Shown here one piece after another: positions 54,601 through 64,000 of a stretch of DNA of 64,000 nt. The DNA is taken from the NCBI GenBank assembly GCA_038087875.1, contig CM075987.1, forward strand, positions 27,962,001 through 28,026,000. Reading direction: 5' to 3'. A model generated the notes under the pieces. That model did no database searches. It saw only the letters and a program-made list of their open reading frames with translations, and was not told the DNA's origin. A program made the position numbers and the translations under genes. This stretch comes from Malacoraja senta. Lineage: Eukaryota. Within the stretch, counting starts at the first letter, position 1. The number at the start of each line of letters is the position of its first letter.

Positions 54601-56169
54601 AAAAAATGGATCATAAAGATACAGAGAACTAAAAACAAGGGAGCCCTTTGAGAAATATATAAATTGTATGGGAGTATTTAAAAGGAAATTGGGAAGGTAA
54701 TGAGACAGCAGACAATATTAGGGAAAACACCAAAAATTGTATATGTATATTAATGGCAGAAGGGTAACTAGTTAAAGAATTAAACCCATTAGTGACCAAA
54801 ATGCTGGAGTAACTCAGCGGGCCAGGCAGCATATCTGGAGAAAAGGAATAGGTGCATTTCCTGCTACCTACTAAAATGCTACCTGACCTGAGTGTCTCCA
54901 GCATTTGTTTTGTTTCTAAGGCAGGCATGCTTTCAGTCAATTATTGTCGAAACAGAATTTTCTTGGCTGCTGGTACATTATTCTCTACCTTGCTTTTAGA
55001 TTGCTTTGTTGCTCTAAGACTGCTTGTGTATAACGGTGGGTAATTGTTAAATATTCACTTTTATTGACCAAATTCCTCATTACAGCTAGTGCAACTGACC
55101 TCAAGGTTTCAAAATCATCTTTTTGTACATTTTGTTTGCAGCAATTCATGATTTGCATGACAAATCAGATACCAGGTGATTTTTTTCGAATGAATATTTC
55201 TGAACTAGCATTTCTGCTGTTTGGGCACACATCATACCATTTCTAGAAGATTTCTGTAACAAATGGTATTGCTCTACAATGTGAATCACATCAGGAGCCG
55301 GGGATTTTCAAAAGTATTTATTTTTGAGTTAAACTAAAAAAATTCAACTGTGTATTGTGAACAAATTTTCAGGAAAGCTTAAGGAAGAAAATATACAGTA
55401 CAACACTAATGACCTGGCAAACCCAGGACTTTAGTCGTGCTGAATTGGCAGATTTTCAAGACCACTGAATACTTTTTCTATTAATACTCCAATACACTTT
55501 TAATGCACTTTTTAAGATGATATTCTGTATTTTACATCTTCCAATGAACCAGGTTAAGTTTCAGGGGAGAGTGGAAATCGGGACACAGGTGAGTGAAAAG
55601 GGAGCCAAGGAACTGGGCCCCCCATGGATGGAAAGTGAGGGTCGTCACCCAATCCCCATTGAGTGCAAAGGGGTCACGGGAACTGGGCATCCACGGGAAC
55701 ATGAGAGTTCAGAGAACATGGAAACTACAGCCCTTGTTAACTGAAAGTATGGCAGACATCACCGGCTGAGCCTGATGCCCAACCACTGGGATTCACAGAT
55801 AGTTGGAAAGCAGACTATCAGAGTTTTAGTGTATTAAATAATAAATAATAGAGTTTGTTATCTTCAGTAAACAGATAAACCCATCAACGGATGATCTTAG
55901 AATTAAAACAGCTTTCTGAAGAAATACCAGAAATGGTAAGTTCTGGCATCATTCTTTGAAGTCCAATAGATGATTGTGCCACGTTCATCTTGAAATCCAA
56001 TTTTCTTCTGCAATTGTCAATTATAATATTTTCTGCATATTCCTAAATAAGCACAAAAAGATGAGTTACTTATTTAGTTTTAGTAATAAAGTGAAAACAA
56101 TGGACATGATTTGAAGGACAACTACCAGGCGATTAAAGCTTCCTTCATACAACGAACTGTGACCTACCT

Positions 56170-57103
56170 GCATCGTGGGAGTGGCGGCGCCTAATGGCAG
56201 CGGCTCAACTACAGTCGTCCGTCTTTTTTTTATTTTTTGTCTTGTTAAATGTATGTCTGGAGCTTAGTTTTTTATTATTTTTTAGCTGTGTATATGTGGG
56301 GGTGGAGGGGGGGATGTTGGGGAAACCGTTAATCTCCTCCCTGTACGGGGACCCGACTTTTTCTCTGTCGGATCTCCAATGTCGTTGGGCCTAACATTGT
56401 GGAGCCGGCGGCGGCCTCCAGCCGGGACCAACCTGAGGGCTCAAGTCGCGGAGCCTGGGACCTGACATCGCGGAGCTGGCCGACTTTGGAGCGGGGAGAG
56501 CTGTGGTGGCGCGCGGCTGCGACCCGATTTTGGAGTTTTGGAGGCTCCGGCTGCGGGCCCGGTGGACAGGAACATCGGGAGCTCCAGGTCCCTGGTGGGA
56601 GACGTTTTTTCGGAGCACCCGCAACGGCAACTTCTCCCGCTGGAATTGCGAGGTTCAAAGGACATGGACGGGACTTACCATCGCCCGCCGGGGGCTCTAA
56701 CATCGGAGCCCCAGTTCACCTAGACACTGCAGTTGGACTGCGGGTTGGACTGCTTGAACCGCGGGGTTTGAAGGGCGCGGAGCCTGAAGGGCGCGGAGCC
56801 GGGGCTAGCATCGCCCGGCGTGGCCACGGGATTTGCCATCGTCCGCCGGGGGCTTTAACACCGGAGCCCCAGTTCGCCTAGACGCTGCAGTTGGACTGCT
56901 GGTGAAGAATAAAGGGAAGAGATAAGACTTTGCCTTCCATCACAGTGAGGAGGTGTTGGAGACTCACTGTGATGGATGTTTATGTAAACTGTGTTAAGTG
57001 TGGGTCTTGGTTTTTTTTTGTAATGTGTTAAAAAAAACTGTAGTAATGATATTTCGTTCAAGCCTAGGCTTGAATGACAATAAATAGCATTCAATTCAAT
57101 TCA
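56170..57103 (+). mobile_element. CpG-rich non-autonomous retroelement with internal direct repeats and AATAAA-(TTCAA)n tail
   Basis: Abrupt GC/CpG island in AT-rich DNA; ~60-bp internal duplication (about 56680 and 56838); LINE-like tail; related 3' end on - strand at about 59910-60110. Confidence 0.7.
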
Positions 57104-57645
57104 AAAATAGGTTAAATAACCTGCTCCTATTTGTTTCTCACAGCACGAAAAACAATTCAATGCGGCTGAAGATAGGTTTAGCTCTGGGCAGAGTAAATAT
57201 AGCTATTGCTTTGCACAGCAAGACCCATTTATGTTGATCCCATTTATGTTGATCCCATTTTATTTTCCCCACATTTAGTTTATAATGACTGCCAACATCC
57301 TCTCTAACACAGAAGGCTGAAGCTCCCAACATGACTCTCAGCTTCTGGCAAATTTCTACTAGGGAGCACTCAGAACACTGAATATTGCTAAATAGCTTTT
57401 ATTATTTTCACAAATCTTATTTTTATATCTGAGTATAATTTCATATTATCTATCCACAATCTTTATGACCTTGAATTAATCTCATCAGCAGTTACCAACC
57501 TAAAGGTTCCTACTCATTCCCATCCAACTCTGCAACAGCTTAAAAAAAAGAGTCTTGATAAATTAACAGACCAAGTTGTTATTTCTTGTGAGTATGCCCC
57601 GATTTATCAGGATGTGCTGTGCAATACCAGATTTTAAATCATTCA

Positions 57646-57651
57646 TTTATT
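57646..57651 (-). terminator. Candidate polyadenylation signal (AATAAA on - strand) for the unnamed gene
   Basis: TTTATT on + strand about 230 nt past the stop; common hexamer in AT-rich DNA. Confidence 0.3.
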
Positions 57652-57883
57652 CCAGGCATGCAGCCACTTACCTTAAGTTATCCACATCTTTGAAAAATCT
57701 CAAACTCACACGAGTACCCAGCATGCAGTGAAGATCAATGTACATGTGGATGTTTCAGGCGCAGGAGCTATATCAATTATTTCACTGTTCTGAGCATTGT
57801 TAACTACTTTTCACCATAATTGTTAAACCTACAGTATTTTTGAATCAATCAAACTTACTGTGGTTGAAGCAGACAAGATTAAA

Positions 57884-58026
57884 TCATTTTGTTTTGTAAA
57901 ATACATTAAATCCATCAAGGAAATTCTGGTCATTGACAGTTAGAATAGAAGCGCCTTCAAAAATCCTCTCCTTTGCCATCATTATTACTGAAGCCTCTTC
58001 CATACTAAATACGTCTTCTGCATTAT
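57884..58026 (-). CDS. Exon D (last coding) of unnamed gene: (D)NAEDVFSMEEASVIMMAKERIFEGASILTVNDQNFLDGFNVFYKTK*
   Basis: - strand ctttgttttccttctcag|AT...; open to TGA in phase 1 within AT-rich DNA. Confidence 0.72.
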
Positions 58027-58056
58027 CTGAGAAGGAAAACAAAGTAAATCACATAA

Positions 58057-58262
58057 GAAAGGAACTGCAATGCTAATTTACACTGAAGACACAAAATGCT
58101 GGAGTAAAGAGCGGGCAGGCAGCTTCTCTGGAGAAAAGGAATAAGCTACATTTCAGAACGAGACCCTTCTTCAGTCTGATTCCTATTTTCATTCACCTAT
58201 TCCTTTTCTCCAGAGATGCTGCTTAACCTGTTGAGTTACTCCAGAATTTTGTGTCTATCTTC
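58057..58262. mobile_element. Fold-back Penelope-derived unit with 11-bp target-site duplication
   Basis: AAATCACATAA at 58046-58056 and 58263-58273. Confidence 0.8.
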
Positions 58263-58991
58263 AAATCACATAATTAGTTCCTTTTCATTACAGTCATGTG
58301 TTTTTTGAGATGTTTCACTCTGTTTTCACCCACCTACACTCTGATACATAGTTCTGTACAATCTGTTATTACAAAATAAAAGGATTGAATAAAAAGCTAA
58401 AAACACCCTCTCTGGAAAGTTGGTGAATAATCTATGAATCTTCTTAAATTGATATTGATATATTGTCACGTGACACAGTGAGATACTGAGATACAGTGAA
58501 AACCTTTCAATCTTAATCTTAATTATCTCTTCTCATTTCAGAGTACTACTGTTACTAGGATCTGAGATTTGGGGATTGAAATCTATTACGGTCAGTTTTT
58601 TACATAAGTGCTGCATTTAAGATTTTTGAATCATTTCTATGATCAGGTTCTTTTCATTCTTGCTTTTAGTCAAGTTGAGAAGGAAGACAATACCATTAGA
58701 ATAATGACTTGGCATTGCACATTTCCAATTGGAGTTAGGGGAGGGAATGGGTTTCCGTAAAGACAATGTTAACAAAATTGAGAAGCAAGGCTTCCATACA
58801 CATAATCCAGATTTCTAAGCAAGCGGGAAAAGTTATTATACATTTTGGAGTACTACAATATGAGTGGTTCCCCTTTCTGTTGCTAATTAACTGAAACTAG
58901 TCGCACAATGAATTCTGTACGCTCTTTTCAGAATAATCCCTTTTATTAACCAAATATTGGAGACACAGAACTCACTTCATGGGATACTAAC

Positions 58992-59081
58992 CTGGACAAA
59001 CTGGAATACACTTGGAACAATCTGTGCCATCCTTCTTTCTGGCACATAGGTCCTGGCATTTTTGCACAGAAATACCACACA
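58992..59081 (-). CDS. Exon C of unnamed gene: (V)CGISVQKCQDLCARKKDGTDCSKCIPVCP (90 nt, phase 1-1)
   Basis: - strand ctcttttttcatag|TG...CCAG|gttagt; 6 Cys in 30 aa. Confidence 0.82.
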
Positions 59082-59198
59082 CTATGAAAAAAGAGATATA
59101 TGCAATTCATGAGATACATGCTTTGCTTTCTTATATTTCTACAAATGTTCACAATCTATTCATTGATTAAAAAAGAACAAAGACATCAGCAATCATAC

Positions 59199-59276
59199 CT
59201 TCACTAAATGAAGTTTTTACAATCCCAATGCAATTACACAATTGATCCTCTTGGCCACATATTGGTCCAGGAAATT
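59199..59276 (-). CDS. Exon B of unnamed gene: (E)FPGPICGQEDQLCNCIGIVKTSFSE (78 nt, phase 1-1)
   Basis: - strand gtgtttcag|AA...GAAG|gtatga; open in the phase required by exon A. Confidence 0.78.
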
Positions 59277-60465
59277 CTGAAACACATACTGCAAAGCAAC
59301 CAGTGTCATATTGGAGAACAAAATTAAACAACACTGGAGACAACAATTAGAAAATAATTATTCTAAAAATTTTTGTCAACTTTTCTCAAACACCCTTACA
59401 TTGGCTTCATTAGCAAAACCATTATTTGAATTTCACTTTTTTCACCTTTTATCATTTTGGTCAGTCAAATTCTTACTTTATTTACTTGAGCAACTAACAC
59501 AATAAAAAAATCTTAACCTAAAATTCTCCATAAAATCTGAATGTTATTCTTAAGTTATTCATTTCTTTAAAAAGGGAAAGTGTATTATTCCATTGACCAT
59601 TGATAAAAATACAGTTCCAGTATAAAATTTCTGCTACAAATGAGACCCTAATGGCCTGAAAATAATGCTACAACTAAGATTAGTAATTTGCCCATCAAAC
59701 CTTAACAGATAAATTCTGCAACCCCAACACCGCCACGTATTTCACTGTTCATTTATACCACCCCCACCCCCCCCCACCTTGCTCATAATCACCCTGAGGT
59801 TCCCACAATGCCAAGGATCCATTCCCAAAACAGTCCTGAACAACCCCAAGGCTAGAGCTTTCCCCCCAGTCAGAAATGTCAGCTGTTTAGTTACATTTTT
59901 CCGACAGTTAAAATCAAATTCAAAGTCAATTTTATTCGTCACATACACCCGAAGGTGCAGTGAGATGAATTTGCCAGCAGCGATACAATTTAAAAAGAAC
60001 ACACAATACACAATACGATTTAACACAAACATCCACCACAGGATTCTTCACTGTGGTGGAAGGCACAAAGTTCAGTCAGGCCTCCTCCTTGTTCACCCGT
60101 GGTCAGGGCCATTAATGAGTTCATTAATGTTCAAAAAATTATAAAGGATGAATAAAAAGAATAAATTAAAGTAAGAAATTAAAGTAAGAAATGAAGCCTA
60201 CCTTCCCCCATTGTTCCTGTATCTGTACCCTACAAACCCCATTTCAATCAATCAGTTCTCATATCTTACACCCAGTCTGACTGATGGTGATGCTGGAAAA
60301 TCTCAGCAAGACTGGATCAATCCATGGATACAAGTTCTCTACTTGCAAGGATAGTGGAACAATATCAGTCATGGCTTTCAAAGTGAATCAGATAGGCACT
60401 TGAGGGATAAACAATCTTAAGTAGAACTTAAGGACAAATGAGGTATAAACAGATGATTGTTTTAC

Positions 60466-60687
60466 CTGCCGGGGTATAGATGGTCGAATAAAGATTGAAG
60501 GTGAAAATGGTTGAGGCATCAAGAAGATAAAACACTTTGGGTCTCCAAGTCTCCAGTATTCCAGTGCATGCCCTTCCTTGCTGCAAGCATTCACGTTTGG
60601 CTGCAGTCAGAGTAGTTTTTGAAGGGTAATCATATGGAGGTTTTAATGTCAGCCCAATCCTCGCTTTTTTCTGAAACCAGTCCATAT
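60466..60687 (-). CDS. Exon A of an unnamed convergent gene: MDWFQKKARIGLTLKPPYDYPSKTTLTAAKRECLQQGRACTGILETWRPKVFYLLDASTIFTFNLYSTIYTPA (222 nt, phase 1-1)
   Basis: - strand ctttcag|AT...GCAG|gtaaaa; fully open (inside ORF 60428..60769); resembles a PAN/apple-like module (inference). Confidence 0.75.
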
Positions 60688-60757
60688 CTGAAAGGTACAT
60701 AGTTCTACGTAAATCCACAATGCTATCTGTAAAAAGAGGGTTACATTGATTGGCAGA

Positions 60758-61175
60758 GTGAGGCTGCATACAAACTGGAGAAACAGCACCTCATATTGGA
60801 TGATATGAATATTGAATTCTCCAATTTAAGTTACAACACCCCCCCCCCCCCAGCCTCATCCCTCTCCCCTATTTCTTGTGCCCCTGGACTCGCACCTATT
60901 TCTCCCCTCCCCCTACATTCCTTCCTCTAGTTTCACAATTCACAACTCTTCAATCTTTTTGTCTCACGCCTTCTGCTTTGTTCATCTCTGGCATTTGTCC
61001 AACCATCTGCCTATCAACCTCCTCCCTCACCCTTACCCACCTATTACCTGCAAGACTTTGTCTTATTCCTCTCTCTTCCTGCTTTCTCCCAACTCCCACA
61101 TACAATCAATCTGAAGAAGGGTTCCAACCCAAAACATCACCTATCCATGTTCTCCAGAGATGTTGCCTGACCCTC
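60758..61175 (+). mobile_element. Penelope-like element 3' remnant (endonuclease tail, pyrimidine-rich UTR, terminal repeat)
   Basis: Encodes KLEKQHLI...MNIEFSN, like the Penelope GIY-YIG C-terminus; similar remnants on - strand near 27535-27615 (KLEEYLIFHLCSLQ) and 52130-52200. Confidence 0.65.
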
Positions 61176-61932
61176 GGCGATATTCAGAGACAGTAGGGTG
61201 GAGTGCAGATAAAGGACAGGACATTTGGACCTGGATGATTCCATTCCGAGGATGTGAGTTCGTTTAAAAAAAAAACTGGCAGTTTTCATGGGGCTTTGTT
61301 TCAACTGTGAAATTTCAGTTAAACCCAATTCAATTTAGATTCCCACTGTTATCTGCCATAGGATGATCTTGATGGGATATTTGTATACTTCAGTGAAAAA
61401 AGGTTTTCTACGACTTAGGTTCCTAGCATTCACATGGGCTAGACAGCCAGTATGTCTGTCTAGCTCTGTCCTCAGTGAGCTTAGTGTGAATATTAGTGGA
61501 AACATTTGTTACAAGTTTTAGGTTGCTAATAAACTAAAAAAGGGTTTTCTCCATCAAAGCAACTTTGGGCTAATCGCTGGATATCAAATATTCTTATGGG
61601 ACATAAGGAATGAAAATGTTACACTCAAAAGGAAAGGCTATGTTGATAAAATTATCATAGATGTGATTTTTTGGATTAGAAGAGTGCTGAGAGAGAGGCC
61701 GCAGCAGTCAAGAGTTAACCGCTTGTAAGGAACACATTGCAAGAAGTCAGACGTAGAATATTCTGATTGTTAAGCATGGTGAGTTCTGTGTAAAGTCATC
61801 CACAGCAAGTGAATACAGGCCATCTGGGACAGGAATGGGATCTGTTTTTACACACAACAATGAGTTGATTTGTGAAGGAAGGAACTGCAGATGCTGGTTT
61901 AAACCAAAGATAGATACAAAAAGCTGGAGTAA

Positions 61933-62500
61933 AGGGGCTGTCCCACTGCGGCGACCTAATTGGCGAGTTTAGAAGAGTTTAGGAGAGTTTGGAAAAATGT
62001 CATGTTGAAGACCTCCGACTATGTAGAAGACCTCCTTCGACCTCCTTCGACTATGTTGAAGACTAGCTTTGACTAGCTACGACTAACATCGGGAAAATTG
62101 GACACCGAATAGTGGAGAGTGAAGACAACCTCCTTCGATCTCCTTTGACCTCCCTTCGACTATGATGAAGACTATCTACGACTACCTTAGACTACCTTTG
62201 ACTACCTTCGACTACCCTCGATTACCAACGACTAACATGCTGACCTACTACGACTAAACCTACGAGTAAAAAAAGTATCGATTTTTCCATGGCGACTTTT
62301 TTTTACTCGCGGGCATTTTTCAACATGTTGAAAAATACGGCGCGACCTAGCTGATGCCTTGAGTACACGGGGACTACTCTCGAGCATGAAGGAGAGTTAC
62401 AAAGACCTCCTAGGACCTCGTGCGGACCATGCTGCGAGTATGAGTCGAGGGCAAACTCGCCAGAACTCGCGGATTAGGTCACCCAAGTGGGACAGCCCCT
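61933..62500 (+). mobile_element. PIF/Harbinger-type MITE, copy 1 (568 bp)
   Basis: TIR AGGGGCTGTCCCACT...AGTGGGACAGCCCCT; TAA duplication; splits a Penelope-derived repeat at GGAGTAA|CTCAGC. Confidence 0.88.
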
Positions 62501-62713
62501 TAACTCAGCAGGACAGGCAGCATCTCTGGAGAGAAGGAATGGGTGGCGTTTTGGGTCGAGACCCTTCTTCAGACTCAAGTTGATTTTGTCTATTTGTTGG
62601 AAAATAGATTTTTAAAAACTCAGTATGGTAACCATACCTTCACAGCATTGTAATGAATGATATCAAAGTATACAGCATTTAAAACAATATTCATATCCTC
62701 TATTTTTATCCTC

Positions 62714-62846
62714 TTTCCAGAAGAAGGGTTTCGACCCGAAACGTTGCCTATTTCCTTCGCTCCATAGATGCTGCTGCACCCGCTGAGTTTCTCCAGCATT
62801 TTTGTGTACCTGGGATTTTCCAGCATCTGCAGTTCCTTCTTACACA
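62714..62846 (+). mobile_element. Solo 133-bp Penelope-derived repeat with 16-bp target-site duplication
   Basis: CTCTATTTTTATCCTC at 62698-62713 and 62847-62862. Confidence 0.8.
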
Positions 62847-63436
62847 CTCTATTTTTATCCTCCCTTTTTACAGCGCCAACCTTCCTGTTCATCGCGGTGT
62901 GTGTCTGTTTCACCTTGGCTTTGCACTGTGTGAATTTTTTAGACAGCGCTCCCCCCGCTTGCCCTGTCCCCGCCCGCATAACGGGCTGGTGAGGAAGCGA
63001 TGTGTTTGTGACAGTCGCCGGTAGTCTGCTTAAAATCGCCTGTGGGACAGGCCCATAAGAATCCCCAAAGTTTCAGAAAAAGGAAGCTTCTTGTCATCGT
63101 CCAATCAGTCTTCTGCCAACCTTATTGCCAATTACTACAATGATATGGTTCAATGTCAGAAGATGTCAAGAGAAAACGATGCTCATGATTTAATAGTGCA
63201 AGAGTAGATTCTTTTATTTGTTATTAGTGTTACCCACTGACCCTACAGAGGGTGCTATTAACAATATGATCATAATCCTTGCAATGTACATTGGACCAAC
63301 ACTTTAAAGGGAGTAGCCAGACCATTGGACAGTATAGAGGGCAGTCATTAAAATGGATCGGACCTCCTACAGCAATCCTTGCACAGGGAAGCCTACATTG
63401 CACCTATATACTACAACTGCTAAAATTCTCTCCTTA

Positions 63437-63880
63437 AGGGGCTGTCCCACTGCGGCGACCTAATTGGCGAGTTTAGAAGAGTTTGCCCACGACTCATACT
63501 CGCAGCATGGTCGACACGAGGTCCAAGGAGGTCTTTGTAACTCTCCTCCATGCTCGAGAGTAGTCTCCGCGTACTCGAGGCCTCAGCTAGGTCGCGGAGT
63601 ATTTTTGAACATGCTGAAAATTGCCCGTGAGTAAAAAAAGGTCGCTATGGAAACAAATAATTTTTTTTTTTACTCGTCCGTTTAGTCGAAGTAGGTCGGC
63701 ATGTTATTCGTAGGTAATCTAGGGTAATCGAAGGTAATCAAAGGTAGTCAAAGGTAGTCGTAGATAGTCTTCAACATGGTCGAAGGAGGTATTCTACATA
63801 GTCGAAGGAGGTCTTCAACATGGCACTTTTTCAAACTCTCCTAAACTCGCCAATTAGGTCGCCGCAGTGGGACCGCCCCT
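63437..63880 (-). mobile_element. PIF/Harbinger-type MITE, copy 2 (444 bp), inverted relative to copy 1
   Basis: Same TIR; TTA duplication; interior is the reverse complement of copy 1. Confidence 0.88.
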
Positions 63881-64000
63881 TTAATCTTTTTAAGTAAGTT
63901 ACTACTCGGAACTTAATTTACACAATAATTTAATAATCTAAATAAGCAAGAGGATGAAAGATTACTGGAAAGAGGTGGAAATGAAGAGCTGAGGTTACAT

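Noticed and set aside
56329-56881. CpG island with 124-160 aa ORFs suggesting a promoter or gene
   Set aside because: Lies inside a repeat with internal duplications and a LINE-like tail; peptides unrecognisable
58693-58814. Possible extra - strand exon between exons C and D
   Set aside because: Contains a stop in the phase required by exon C, and C splices cleanly to D
62630-62700. Strong - strand donor (GAAG|gtatgg) as a possible upstream exon of the unnamed gene
   Set aside because: Stop codon eight codons upstream in the needed phase with no acceptor in between

Overview
Eukaryotic DNA from a cartilaginous fish. HE1-type V-SINEs and CR1, Rex1/L2 and Penelope-derived repeats suggest an elasmobranch, probably a skate or ray (inference). 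The + strand carries most of an NMDA-receptor GluN1 gene (grin1): 19 GT-AG coding exons from 1932 to the stop at 48289, including the alternative N1 and C1 cassettes and the C2' terminal exon. The first two coding exons lie upstream of the window. Rbfox, CaRRE-like and Nova (YCAY) splicing motifs flank the cassettes. The GC-rich 5' introns contain several unrelated minisatellites and two assembly gaps; the sequence becomes AT-rich from about 37 kb. On the - strand at 57.9-60.7 kb I reconstructed four phase-compatible exons of a second, convergent gene, largely invisible in the ORF track. It encodes a Cys-rich, probably extracellular C-terminus that I cannot name. Also present are many Penelope-derived short repeats with a minimal hammerhead-ribozyme-like core, and an inverted pair of PIF/Harbinger MITEs. 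All coordinates were read by eye and no database search was run.
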